This document shows, in pieces, positions 17,296-27,153 of a DNA stretch of 36,611 nucleotides (the first letter of the stretch is position 1; every line of letters starts with the position of its first letter). Under the pieces are notes generated by a model that searched no databases, was not told the origin of the DNA, and saw only the letters and a list, made by a program, of their open reading frames with translations. The translations under genes were made by a program, and so were the position numbers. The stretch is taken from positions 1-36,611 of the forward strand of contig QMOL01000001.1 of assembly GCA_003648225.1 (NCBI GenBank), in the 5' to 3' direction. This DNA comes from Chlamydiota bacterium. Lineage in GTDB: Bacteria > Auribacterota > UBA3054 > B51-G9.

Positions 17296-17409
17296 ATTAA
17301 TTATTTAATAATCAGAAAAATTGACAGGATCATAATCTTTTGTATTAATTTCGTGTTTTTTGTGCTTTTCCCCGATGAGTTACACTATCGGGACAGGCGT
17401 GGTTAAAGT

Positions 17410-20400
17410 TCATTCAATCCTGAAACAGGTGATTCCGTTAAATTCAGCGGTGCAGTTTTCCGCCGCGATGCCGACTTTTGATTTCCCCCATGAACCCGGA
17501 ATTTCAATTTTTTCCTTCCCGTCAATAAATATTATAATTTTATCAGAAAGTTTTACTGAACGAATATTGTATGACGGCTGCCATTCAACTTTTGCGTAAG
17601 TTTTTACGACGCGACAATACGATCCCGGTTTAACAATATATTTCAACCGCAACTGATCTGTTTTGATTTTTTTGAATTTTATTTCATTTTTTGCCTGAGT
17701 AATAGTCTCAACATTTTTCCAATCTTTGTTTTTGTTTTTATATTGTAAAGTCCATTTCACCGGATGTTCAAACGGTTTTCTTTTATCAAAATTTATTTTT
17801 AATTCAGAAATAATTCCAACACGCTTTAAATATAAATTTATTTCTTCCTGCCTGCCGCCCGTTTCGCTGTTAATTACAGTCCACTCGTAAAGTCCGGCTC
17901 CCCTGTTATTTTTTGCGGTAACTTCCATTTTCATGGCTAAAGTTTCAACCGGTTCAAATTCAGCCAGATTAAGTTTATTAATTTCCATTCCGTAAGAAGA
18001 ATTCTTTTTAAGTTTTACGGGTTGCCACGAACCGGCATTATCTTTGTAAAATAATTCCCATGATTTCGGTGTTTGGCAATCTCCGCCGTCTTTAGTGTCA
18101 TCATACCAAATAACTTCTGAACAATCAACAATTTTTGGTGATTGAAAGTCATATTGGAGCCATTCTTTTGTTCCGCGATGGTCCCAGAAAGAGAATTTAG
18201 GAATGTTTTCGCGGGAAGATTTTGATATTAAACTGTCTGCCGCGGCATCAAGTGTATCATATTTCCAGCAATGCGAAGCGGAAATTTTTATGTTTTCCGG
18301 CACTTCAGGCGCTTTGCCTCGCAGGAAAAGCCTTTCCCATTTTTCCAAATTTACAACTTCTTTTTTTATTTTATTACCGTTTCTTTTTCCTGAAATGACG
18401 AGAGATTTTTCTTTCGGACTTAACCACGCTGCAAGGTAATTATTTTCATCAACGTAAACCGGATAGATGCCCGCTTTCGAAGAACCGTAATCTGTGGTCC
18501 GTAATCCGTGGTTCGTATTTTGTATTTTCACTTGAGTTGAGAATTCGTAATTTTCTGAAGGGTCGCCTTTAACGCAGAGGGTTTTACCGGCGTCTGATTT
18601 TAGATTTATTCCGTTATTATCGACAGAGATTTCACCGTTTGGCGACATTTTTTTCCACCCGCAGATTTTTTTATCAAATTCATCCCAGCCGATAGTGTAA
18701 ATAACCCCGTCAAACGCTGCTTGCTGTTTATTGGCGAGGAGTCCCGGTCGGCCTTTTTTTCTGAAAGGTATTTTAAACTTTTTATTACGTGTAATATTTA
18801 CATCATCAACCAAGATTGTGAAGCAGTCGGAATTTTTTTCGAATCTGATTTTATGGAAAGCCGAGAAGTCAAAACTTTTTCCCATCGGGAACTTAATTTT
18901 TTTTATTTTACCTTTAATGGAGATTTCGCTTATAAGAGCTTTTTTGGATGGAGAAAAATAAATTTTCTGATAGTTGGATTTGTCGGCATACCAAGCCATA
19001 ATCCCCCACTCGTTTTCCGGTATTTTAAGCGGTCTTGTCCACAGTTCAAAAATATAATTCTCTGCCGGTTCGGCACAAACAAGAGCGAAAACTTCTTTGA
19101 CCGGAGCTTGAGTATGCAGCCAGTCTTTCGATACGCGTGCCTCGCTGTCAAGTGTGTACCAGATCCCGCCGTGATATTCCCAGTCTTCACCGAATTCATC
19201 ACTTAATCCGTCCATTTTATGTGAGGTAAAATTATCGGAAAAAGTCGCTTTATAGGGCGGAGGCTGATACTGCTGAGGATTGGAACCGGTGGGCCCGTCA
19301 ACATAAAGTTTTTTATCAAAAAAGAAGACGCGATTAATTCCCTGGCAATGGGGTCCTTCATTCCACAACGCGAAATAAATAACAAACCATTCAAAGCCGT
19401 TCGGACCTTTTAAAACCGTTGGTTGTCCTGTATTCCAGATTATGTCATCTTCTTTTTTATTTCCCGGATCAATTAAACCAATATCAAGATATTTTTCGTT
19501 TCTTTTTGATTGACAATGAACCGCGATAACATTTTCCCCGGGATGAAGTTTTGCAATATCTTTTTCTTTAAGGTTTACGAGTCTGGGTCCTGCCCATAAT
19601 AAATTAGTATGAACAAGGTTTCCGTTAAGGTAAAATTCCGCGCTATCGAGATGCCTTACTTTCAATTGAAGATTAGTTGAGAACTTTTCCGGAAGAGTGA
19701 ATTTCAGGCGCGTCCATATATCATCTGAATTCCACAAGGTGGCGACATCGTGAATTCTTGAATTTTGCCGAATTGGCGAGCCGAAAGCGCCGTATTTTTT
19801 CTTCCATGTTTTATCGGTTTTAAAATTCGGCATCATCCAGTTTCCTGCGGGTTGATTTGTAGTGAAATTCCATTTGGGCCCGCCGTTGGCGCCCCAGGGG
19901 ATAATGGTTTCAACTTCGTCAAAAATCCGTTCATCGCTTTGCTCCATAACGGGCCATGGATATTTTGTTTGATTGCTGAAACCGAGGGGAGATTTTGCAG
20001 TCGCACAACCAACTAAATAATTTGCCATTTCTATACTTGTAACATTTGCAGCATATAAAAGGTAGTAAGTATTGCGATATTTAATAACTTCCGGTCCTTC
20101 ATTAACTTTCCAATCGCGCCACTCCCAAGAGTTTGGGATAGCTGAAATCAGGGAAACGGATTTACCGATAAGTTTACCCGGTGCCGCCATTTCCTGTCCA
20201 CAGATAACATTTCCGTCTGTATATTTTACGGTATAAAAATAAAGTTTACCGTCATCGTCAACAAACAAAAAGGGATCTATTTCTCTGTCAAAGCGAGTTG
20301 GCATTTCTTTGTATTGCCCGAGTGGTTTTTCCGCGATGGCATATCCGATACCGTTCCAATAGAAATGGATTTTTCCATTAATGTAGCGTATGCCCGGCGC

Positions 20401-20664
20401 GTGCATTTCTTTTTCATCATTTCTGTTTATCCAAGCAGCTTTAGTTTGAAAAAACGAAACAGGACCATGCCAATTTACCAAATCAGGTGATATTAAGAAT
20501 TGTCCCGGTAAACCAACACCACTAATAAAATATTCGCCACAATAACTCATGGCTCCCGCATCAGCACAACGAGCAACCGGATTTTGGAGTTTTTCGTGTG
20601 TAGAAGCATTTGCCATAGATAACAAAGTTAAGAAAAGTAAAAGTAGAATAAAATTATTGGCCAT
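17410..20664 (-). CDS. exported GH43-family glycoside hydrolase with multiple C-terminal beta-sandwich / discoidin-like carbohydrate-binding-type domains
   Basis: 1084 aa with signal peptide MANNFILLLLFLTLLSMANA. GH43 blades (HAPGIRYINGKIHFYW, DPFLFVDDDGKLYFY, VNEGPEVIKYRNTYYLLYA). Later F5/8-type-C-like segment (WDHRGTKEWLQYDFQSPKIVDCSEVIWYDD). Confidence 0.8.
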   Translation of the reverse strand: MANNFILLLLFLTLLSMANASTHEKLQNPVARCADAGAMSYCGEYFISGVGLPGQFLISPDLVNWHGPVSFFQTKAAWINRNDEKEMHAPGIRYINGKIHFYWNGIGYAIAEKPLGQYKEMPTRFDREIDPFLFVDDDGKLYFYTVKYTDGNVICGQEMAAPGKLIGKSVSLISAIPNSWEWRDWKVNEGPEVIKYRNTYYLLYAANVTSIEMANYLVGCATAKSPLGFSNQTKYPWPVMEQSDERIFDEVETIIPWGANGGPKWNFTTNQPAGNWMMPNFKTDKTWKKKYGAFGSPIRQNSRIHDVATLWNSDDIWTRLKFTLPEKFSTNLQLKVRHLDSAEFYLNGNLVHTNLLWAGPRLVNLKEKDIAKLHPGENVIAVHCQSKRNEKYLDIGLIDPGNKKEDDIIWNTGQPTVLKGPNGFEWFVIYFALWNEGPHCQGINRVFFFDKKLYVDGPTGSNPQQYQPPPYKATFSDNFTSHKMDGLSDEFGEDWEYHGGIWYTLDSEARVSKDWLHTQAPVKEVFALVCAEPAENYIFELWTRPLKIPENEWGIMAWYADKSNYQKIYFSPSKKALISEISIKGKIKKIKFPMGKSFDFSAFHKIRFEKNSDCFTILVDDVNITRNKKFKIPFRKKGRPGLLANKQQAAFDGVIYTIGWDEFDKKICGWKKMSPNGEISVDNNGINLKSDAGKTLCVKGDPSENYEFSTQVKIQNTNHGLRTTDYGSSKAGIYPVYVDENNYLAAWLSPKEKSLVISGKRNGNKIKKEVVNLEKWERLFLRGKAPEVPENIKISASHCWKYDTLDAAADSLISKSSRENIPKFSFWDHRGTKEWLQYDFQSPKIVDCSEVIWYDDTKDGGDCQTPKSWELFYKDNAGSWQPVKLKKNSSYGMEINKLNLAEFEPVETLAMKMEVTAKNNRGAGLYEWTVINSETGGRQEEINLYLKRVGIISELKINFDKRKPFEHPVKWTLQYKNKNKDWKNVETITQAKNEIKFKKIKTDQLRLKYIVKPGSYCRVVKTYAKVEWQPSYNIRSVKLSDKIIIFIDGKEKIEIPGSWGKSKVGIAAENCTAEFNGITCFRIE

Positions 20665-20720
20665 GTTAGATATTTTAAAAGTTATATTTTTTTAATGAAT
20701 CAGCCGTTAAAGTTTTGATT

Positions 20721-20732
20721 ATTATACCAAAT
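20721..20732 (-). promoter_or_regulatory. extended -10 promoter element for the GH43 gene
   Basis: Minus strand reads TTTGGTATAAT (-10 at 20721-20726, TGG at 20727-29), about 55 nt upstream of the ATG at 20664. Confidence 0.45.
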
Positions 20733-20807
20733 CTTGACTTTATGAGCGAACGAGGTTATAATATTCGGCAAAGGAAAAATAATTTTAACATTTTAACGAG
20801 GTTCTTT

Positions 20808-21332
20808 ATGAAAACATCTAAATTTATTATTGGATTTATTTTTGTCGCGTTAGCACTTGTTGCTTCGACCTATGCTTCTCCTAATACAAAGGAAAAAGGG
20901 AAAAAGTTAATAGTTGAAGATTGCGCTCTTTTATGCGAAGCATCCGAAAACAGGTCCTGGATATTTGAAACTTCAACCAATTGGGCCGCGGGAAATTTAG
21001 TCTATGGACCAATTGAGATTCTCGCAGGAGTAGGAACACCTGTAATCGGAATGTTTGCCGGATTTGGTGCCGGTATAGCCGTACCGCATTTTTTTATGAA
21101 AAAAGGCAGCGAGATATTATTACCTGCCACAATCCCCTGCGGAACAGTCGCGGGCGCAGCGTGTGGTTTGGCGATCACGCCCATATGCGCAATAGAGGGG
21201 CTTTTTGACACGCTTACCGGCGGTTTTTTTGCTGACGGTTATTTTTCCTGGATTAACACAAGCGATTTGAAAAGTATAAGTATGAAAACTGTTCAGGATG
21301 AGATTGTTGAACAAACGACCGACCAAAAATAA
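20808..21332 (+). CDS. exported/membrane Gly-rich hydrophobic protein (unknown function)
   Basis: I place the start at ATG 20808 (MKTSKFIIGFIFVALALVASTYA, a signal peptide) with GAGG 8 nt upstream. Gly/Ala-rich hydrophobic segments (GPIEILAGVGTPVIGMFAGFGAGIAVPHFF, TVAGAACGLAITPICAIEGLF). Confidence 0.6.
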   Translation: MKTSKFIIGFIFVALALVASTYASPNTKEKGKKLIVEDCALLCEASENRSWIFETSTNWAAGNLVYGPIEILAGVGTPVIGMFAGFGAGIAVPHFFMKKGSEILLPATIPCGTVAGAACGLAITPICAIEGLFDTLTGGFFADGYFSWINTSDLKSISMKTVQDEIVEQTTDQK

Positions 21333-21384
21333 CTATCGCTTTAAATAAATTACGATTATCTAAGCAGTAAAACTATTTAATTCC

Positions 21385-22539
21385 TTAAAAAGTCAATTTT
21401 AATAAGGATTTTGCCGACCATGTAGGTTTACCGAGTAAATTTCGAATAAATTCCTGTATGATCAAAATATCTTTATAATCCTGTTTCATATTATTCAGAG
21501 ATTTTTCATTAAAGATTTTTGCTATAGCGGATTTTCTGAAAGGATTTAAGCCTTTTGGTTTTTTATAGCTCCATTTTCTTACATAATTACAGTATTCTTT
21601 ATACAGGGCATTTTTTGTTTTTGGGCTCATTTTATTTATTTTTATTATTATATCTGTTGTGCTCTGAACATTTATTTTCGGGTTTCCAAATACATCGTTG
21701 AAAGTTTTTAATGTATTTTGAAGCACAGTATAAATATGATAACTTTTAATTATATTCATCCCTTTCCATCCCGCGCTTTGCCAGGAAAACATTGCCACAG
21801 CAGTTTTGTTATCGGGCATTTCCATATAAACAGAAATAGTGCTTGAAATATACATTTGGGATTTAACCCATGTGACTCCAGGCATATTCATTCCCGGCTT
21901 TTGGCTGTAATAAAAAACCCCATCGTCAACCGGACCAACAGGGATACCACGCATACTGAATGATGAAGGTTCTAACATATCAGAAATAGAAATCATAATT
22001 TCCGTGCCGTTTATATTCGCGCGCGTAATTGTTCGAGAGTTTGTGTATGAATAATAAGCTCCTGATTGAAGATTTGGAGTAATGCATTCAACAGACAGAT
22101 AAGATGTTTCAAATGATTCATTTGTATTGAGGCTTTTTGAGGTTTCAGAAAAAAACTTTTTTGATTGAGGAGATAAATTTATTTTTTTTGAATATCTTAA
22201 TACATTATAAAAAAAAGCTGCATCAGATAAACCAGACGCAAGATTTATTTCCAAGACCTTCTTAAAAGGAATGTTGAAAGATCTAATAATTGCTGCCCCT
22301 TTCGCACCGCGGCGTGGTTTTATCTGCCATAAATGATCATCATTAGCTGCCGACAATATAAAATCATAAAGATTTTTGATATTATCATCAGTCACGACTG
22401 CCTTAGTATCAACTTTTCCCCCTGTAATTATATTTTCTATTGCCATTTCAACTTTATCAGGCAGTTTTTTTTCTTTTCCATTTACAATTCCTGTAAATAG
22501 ACAAGAGGTAATAAGTATAGAAATAATTATATTTTTCAA
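21385..22539 (-). CDS. exported protein of unknown function (TTG start)
   Basis: 384 aa with signal peptide (M)KNIIISILITSCLFTGIVNG. The only in-frame start giving the signal peptide is TTG at 22539. No family recognised. Confidence 0.6.
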   Translation of the reverse strand: MKNIIISILITSCLFTGIVNGKEKKLPDKVEMAIENIITGGKVDTKAVVTDDNIKNLYDFILSAANDDHLWQIKPRRGAKGAAIIRSFNIPFKKVLEINLASGLSDAAFFYNVLRYSKKINLSPQSKKFFSETSKSLNTNESFETSYLSVECITPNLQSGAYYSYTNSRTITRANINGTEIMISISDMLEPSSFSMRGIPVGPVDDGVFYYSQKPGMNMPGVTWVKSQMYISSTISVYMEMPDNKTAVAMFSWQSAGWKGMNIIKSYHIYTVLQNTLKTFNDVFGNPKINVQSTTDIIIKINKMSPKTKNALYKEYCNYVRKWSYKKPKGLNPFRKSAIAKIFNEKSLNNMKQDYKDILIIQEFIRNLLGKPTWSAKSLLKLTF

Positions 22540-22544
22540 AATTA

Positions 22545-22579
22545 TATTCGTTAATCGTTATTCGTTATTCGTTATTCGT
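22545..22579. repeat. 7-nt tandem repeat (TATTCGT x5, one variant)
   Basis: TATTCGT TAATCGT TATTCGT TATTCGT TATTCGT. In mRNA sense for the minus-strand gene 21385-22539 this reads ACGAATA repeats ending 5 nt before its TTG start. Confidence 0.9.
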
Positions 22580-22613
22580 TCTATTAACAATTAACCAATA
22601 ACTAACAACTATT

Positions 22614-24140
22614 TTACGGCATCGTTCTTGTTCTGTAATTTGGCGCTTCTTTAGAAATACGCACATCATGCGGGTGAGCTTCTGTTACGCCTGAAGCGGT
22701 AATACATTTGAATTTGCCGTTTTTCCTAAGTTTAGGAATTGTTTTTGTTCCATTATAACCCATTGAAGACCTAAGTCCGCCAATGAATTGCTGTACCACT
22801 CCGTCAACGCTGCCTGCATAAGGGACAAGACCTTCAATTCCTTCCGGAACGAGTTTATCTGATTGTTTAATATTGTGTTGAGAGTATCTTTCTCTTGAAC
22901 TTTCGGAAGTAAGCATAGCGCCGAGGCTTCCCATTCCGCGATAGACTACAAATTGTCTACCTTGATGAATAATTTTTTCGCCCGGACTTTCATCTGTTCC
23001 GGCAAGTACAGACCCCATCATAACCGACGTTGCGCCTGCAACGAGAGCTTTTGGCACATCGCCCGAGTGACGAATTCCGCCGTCGGAAATAATAGGAATT
23101 TCATCTTTGACTGCTTTAACTGCGTCATAAACGGCGGAAATTTGCGGGATTCCCACTCCCGTGATTACTCTTGTCGTACAAATCGAGCCCGGGCCTACGC
23201 CCACTTTTACTGCGTCTGCTCCCGCTTTCATAAGGTCTTTTGCTGCTTCACCTGTAGCGATATTTCCTGCTACAACATCAACATCGGGAAAATGTTTTTT
23301 CACCCATTTAACCATATCAATTACACCTTTAGAATGACCATGGGCCGTATCAATAACAAGAACATCTACATTCTCATCAACAAGCATTTTCACTCTCGCC
23401 TGGTCACGCGGCCCAATGGCGGCTGCAACTCTCAGCTGGTGATTTTCGTCTCTATTAATTAGCGGGTCAATTCCCTGAATGATATTACGAACATCTGTAT
23501 AGCTGTAAAGTCCTGTCAATTTACCCTGTTTAACGATAGGCAATTTACCGACTTTTTTTTCGGTCATAATCGCGAAAGCTTGATTAAGAGAGGTTGACAC
23601 GGGAGCGGTAATAACGTTTTTAGTCATTACATTTTTTAATATTACATTTGTTTTTTTCAAGAATTTCACATCGCGTGAGGTAATAATGCCGGTAAGTTTT
23701 CCTTTGTTATTAACGATTGGAAATCCCATAAAGGTATAACTTTTAACTTCCCTCATTTTCAGCATTTCATCAACAGTTTGATTTTCATTAAATACTATCG
23801 GGTCACTAATCAATCCATTAAGATAGTGTTTAACTTTAGCAACGTGTAAAGCCTGGGTTTCAGACGTTAAGCCACGATGAATAACACCTATTCCGCCAAG
23901 CATTGCCATAGCAATAGCCATTCTTGCTTCTGTAACGGTATCCATTGCCGCGCTTGCAAAAGGAACATTTAGTTTTACATTTCTTGTAAAACGAGTTTTG
24001 AGAGAAGTTTCCGATGGAAGGAAATCAGCATATTGTGTTATCAGAGTTACATCATCAAAAGTCAATGCGGTATTACCGATGCTTTTCATCAATTTATCAA
24101 CACTGGCATTCAGTGTTGTTTTTTTGTGTCGTTTTACCAT
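22614..24140 (-). CDS. guaB: IMP dehydrogenase
   Basis: [17 protein letters not shown], a CBS pair, the catalytic loop [12 protein letters not shown], and GGIRHSGD. Start uncertain. ATG 24140 (508 aa) and ATG 24089 (491 aa, [14 protein letters not shown]) are both plausible. The track start at 24230 would overlap purD by 50 nt. Confidence 0.9.
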   Translation of the reverse strand: MVKRHKKTTLNASVDKLMKSIGNTALTFDDVTLITQYADFLPSETSLKTRFTRNVKLNVPFASAAMDTVTEARMAIAMAMLGGIGVIHRGLTSETQALHVAKVKHYLNGLISDPIVFNENQTVDEMLKMREVKSYTFMGFPIVNNKGKLTGIITSRDVKFLKKTNVILKNVMTKNVITAPVSTSLNQAFAIMTEKKVGKLPIVKQGKLTGLYSYTDVRNIIQGIDPLINRDENHQLRVAAAIGPRDQARVKMLVDENVDVLVIDTAHGHSKGVIDMVKWVKKHFPDVDVVAGNIATGEAAKDLMKAGADAVKVGVGPGSICTTRVITGVGIPQISAVYDAVKAVKDEIPIISDGGIRHSGDVPKALVAGATSVMMGSVLAGTDESPGEKIIHQGRQFVVYRGMGSLGAMLTSESSRERYSQHNIKQSDKLVPEGIEGLVPYAGSVDGVVQQFIGGLRSSMGYNGTKTIPKLRKNGKFKCITASGVTEAHPHDVRISKEAPNYRTRTMP

Positions 24141-24180
24141 TTTATGAATTTTGTTATTTATTGTAAGTTTAGCTTTTTCT

Positions 24181-25449
24181 CTAATTAAGTGCCTTTGCGC
24201 CAATATCCCATCGAAAATGCATCTGATCAAAATGAATTTTTTCTACTGCTTGATACGCCGTTTCTATCGCATCGGATAAATTATCACCTAATGCTGTAAC
24301 ACCAAGTACCCGCCCGCCGTTTGTTACAAGTTCTCCGTGTCGTAAATCGGTACCGGAATGAAAAATGATTACGTCTTTATTTTTTTCAGCATCTTCAATT
24401 CCTGTGATCTGCAAATGTTTATGATATTTCCCGGGATAACCGCCTGAAGCCATAACTACGCATACGGCAGGTCGATTGTCCCACTTTAATTCTATTGAAC
24501 TCAACTTTCCGGTTGCCGTAGCCAGACACAAATCAACAAAATCAGTTTTTAATCTCGGAAGAACAGCTTGGGTTTCCGGATCTCCAAAGCGAACATTAAA
24601 TTCCAGCACGTTAATTTTAGCGTCTTGAATCATCAATCCGGCATAAAGCACGCCATGGAAATCCATACCTTCCGCTTTCAAGCCATCGAGGGCTGGCTTC
24701 AGAACTTTTCTATTTATTTTTTCCATAACTCCGGGTGTAACGACCGGCGCCGGAGAATAAGCTCCCATTCCGCCTGTATTTGGTCCTCGGTCACCATCAT
24801 AAGCGGCTTTGTGGTCCTGCGATGTTTCAAGCGGAACAATAATTTTTCCATCGGTTAAAGCGAGAATTGATGCTTCTTCACCGTAAAGCATATCTTCGAT
24901 AAGAAGCTGCCTACCCGCGTCACCGAATGTTTTATCTTCCATTATAAGTTTGACGGCTTGTTTCGCCTCTTCATTCGATTTACAAACTATAACACCTTTT
25001 CCCGCGGCGAGACCATCTGCTTTTACAACGAGTGGTATATTTTTTTCATTGATATAATCCAAAGCTTTTTTCTGATTGTCAAAGCATTTGAAATTCGCGG
25101 TTGGGATACCATATTTTTGCATAAACCGCTTTGCGAAAACTTTTGATCCTTCAAGTTGAGCTCCTTTTTTATCGGGCCCGAAGATTTGTAAATTTCTATT
25201 GTGAAATTCATTAACAATCCCCGCGCAAAGCGGTACTTCAGGCCCAACAATCGTCAGACCAATATTATTCTCTTCAGCAAATTTGGCGAGAGCAGAATAA
25301 TCGTCCGCGGGCACGGGAACAGGTTCACAGATGTTTAATATCCCCGCGTTACCGGGAGTGCAGAAGATTTTTTTTACACGAATTGATTTTTTCACTTTGT
25401 ATGCAATAGCATGTTCTCGTCCGCCACTTCCGATAATTAATACATTCAT
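24181..25449 (-). CDS. purD: phosphoribosylamine-glycine ligase
   Basis: 422 aa. MNVLIIGSGGREHAIAYKV, ATP-grasp region, GDRGPNTGGMGAYSP. Confidence 0.95.
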   Translation of the reverse strand: MNVLIIGSGGREHAIAYKVKKSIRVKKIFCTPGNAGILNICEPVPVPADDYSALAKFAEENNIGLTIVGPEVPLCAGIVNEFHNRNLQIFGPDKKGAQLEGSKVFAKRFMQKYGIPTANFKCFDNQKKALDYINEKNIPLVVKADGLAAGKGVIVCKSNEEAKQAVKLIMEDKTFGDAGRQLLIEDMLYGEEASILALTDGKIIVPLETSQDHKAAYDGDRGPNTGGMGAYSPAPVVTPGVMEKINRKVLKPALDGLKAEGMDFHGVLYAGLMIQDAKINVLEFNVRFGDPETQAVLPRLKTDFVDLCLATATGKLSSIELKWDNRPAVCVVMASGGYPGKYHKHLQITGIEDAEKNKDVIIFHSGTDLRHGELVTNGGRVLGVTALGDNLSDAIETAYQAVEKIHFDQMHFRWDIGAKALN

Positions 25450-25552
25450 AATAAGAAATAGTTAGTAAGTTACATAGAAAAATAAATTATTTTACATATT
25501 AGTATTTATTATACAATAAATTAAAGAAAATATCTACAACATTTGAAAATCC

Positions 25553-25566
25553 TTTTTTGGTATAAT
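25553..25566 (+). promoter_or_regulatory. extended -10 promoter element (TTTTTTGGTATAAT) for the gene at 25655
   Basis: TGG TATAAT at 25558-25566 after a T-run, with TTGAAA at 25543-25548 (short 12-nt spacer). About 90 nt upstream of the ATG. SD GAGG precedes the ATG. Confidence 0.5.
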
Positions 25567-25654
25567 ATGTAGAGTACTTATGCCACATAAGAAATCCTAC
25601 TACGGCGGACTTTCAGCACAAGAACACATAAATAAATAAACCCAGAGGCAAAAA

Positions 25655-27115
25655 ATGAAAAAATTCGCATTATTATCCCTTTCGGCGATTCTTCTCGTTA
25701 GCACCTGTAACGCCAACACTTCCACCGAAACAAAAAGCAAAGGCAGCAGCATTTCTTCTGCTGCATCAACACTTGCTGACCAGAAAAAAATTGCTGTTAC
25801 AATATATAATTCAGGTTTTGGTGTCATACGCGATGAACGCGAAATGACTCTGCCGACAGGAATTGTTGATTTAAAATTTATGGAAGTAGCAAGTCAAATC
25901 CAGCCGGAAACTGTTCAGATCGACCCGATAACCGCCGGGAATAAATTAACAGTTCTTGAACAAAATTATGAATATGATTTAATGTCACCGGCTAAACTGA
26001 TGGAAAAATATGTCGGTAAAAAAGTTACCCTTATACAAAGAAATGATTTTAAAGGATCACGAATCAATGTCAGTGCTACTTTAATAAGTTACAACAATCG
26101 GCAACCGATTTATAAAATCGGAAATAAAATTGTTATAAACCGCGGAATGGAAGAAGTTGAACTACCGACGATCCCGGAAAATCTTGTTTCCGAGCCGACA
26201 CTAATCTGGAAACTTGATAATCTTTTCCCGAAGAAACAGGAAATTGTCGCAAATTATATGACGCGGGGAATGAGATGGAATGCCGATTACGTTGCAGTGT
26301 TGTCTGCAAACGACAAAAAATGCGGATTGAACGGTTGGGTGACAATTGATAATAATTGCGGCGCGACATTCAAAAACGCCCAACTGAAACTTGTTGCCGG
26401 AGATGTGCAAAGAGTAATGCAGGCAGGAGGTGGACCGATGTCTAACATGATGACAATGGATTATTCACGCAAATCCAAAAAAAGTTTTAAAGAAGAAAGT
26501 TTGTTCGAATATCATATGTACACACTTGACCGCCCGACAACATTAAAACAAAATCAGAAAAAACAAATTTCTTTGCTTGAGGCGCACGGGATTGATATTA
26601 CGAAGATTTACCGCTGTATCGGTCAGAATTATTTTTACAGAAACCGTCGCGGTGATATGATTAAAAACATAAAGATCGGTGTGTTCATTTCATTTATGAA
26701 CAGCAAGACTAATAACCTCGGCATTCCGCTGCCAAAAGGCACTGTAAGAGTTTATAAAGCCGATTCCTCAGGTAATAATCAGTTCGTCGGTGAAGATAGA
26801 ATTGACCATACACCGAAAAACGAAAAGATTGAAGTTAAGCTTGGTGATGCTTTTGACATCATTTCCGAACGCAGACAAACTTCCTGGAAAAAAATTGGAG
26901 ATAACACTTATGATACAGGCTGGGAAATCAAAATCAGAAATCATAAAAATGAAGATATTGTGGTAAATGTTGTTGAACCGTTCGGATGCGATTGGCAGAT
27001 TTTAAAGAGCTCGCAAAAATATGAAAAAAAAGACGCGTTTACCGCTGTTTTTAAAGTTCCGGTCAAGAAAAATTCGGAAACTGTACTAACTTACAATGCA
27101 AGATTAAAATGGTGA
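25655..27115 (+). CDS. exported DUF4139-like (MuiA/CHP02231-type) protein
   Basis: 486 aa with a signal peptide. N-terminal pattern KIAVTIYNSGFGVIRDEREMTLPTGIVDLKFMEVASQIQPETVQI resembles the DUF4140/DUF4139 family as I remember it. Not verified by search. Confidence 0.55.
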   Translation: MKKFALLSLSAILLVSTCNANTSTETKSKGSSISSAASTLADQKKIAVTIYNSGFGVIRDEREMTLPTGIVDLKFMEVASQIQPETVQIDPITAGNKLTVLEQNYEYDLMSPAKLMEKYVGKKVTLIQRNDFKGSRINVSATLISYNNRQPIYKIGNKIVINRGMEEVELPTIPENLVSEPTLIWKLDNLFPKKQEIVANYMTRGMRWNADYVAVLSANDKKCGLNGWVTIDNNCGATFKNAQLKLVAGDVQRVMQAGGGPMSNMMTMDYSRKSKKSFKEESLFEYHMYTLDRPTTLKQNQKKQISLLEAHGIDITKIYRCIGQNYFYRNRRGDMIKNIKIGVFISFMNSKTNNLGIPLPKGTVRVYKADSSGNNQFVGEDRIDHTPKNEKIEVKLGDAFDIISERRQTSWKKIGDNTYDTGWEIKIRNHKNEDIVVNVVEPFGCDWQILKSSQKYEKKDAFTAVFKVPVKKNSETVLTYNARLKW

Positions 27116-27153
27116 CACGAATCCTCCGAAAATTTCAACCACGAAAAAATTAA

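Noticed and set aside
17371-17392. Hairpin CCCGAT-N10-ATCGGG just downstream of the GH43 stop, considered as its terminator
   Set aside because: On the minus (gene) strand the hairpin is followed by an A-rich, not U-rich, tract, and the stem is only 6 bp. It is not a canonical intrinsic terminator, so it is left unannotated.
20715-20807. Longer start (MIIIPNLDFMSERGY...) for the ORF at 20715-21332
   Set aside because: It overlaps the divergent GH43 promoter element. ATG 20808 has a GAGG SD and yields a canonical signal peptide at the N-terminus.
24141-24230. Longest guaB start at 24230
   Set aside because: It would overlap the purD 3' end by 50 nt and adds about 30-47 non-conserved residues ahead of the conserved LTFDDV start region of IMP dehydrogenases.
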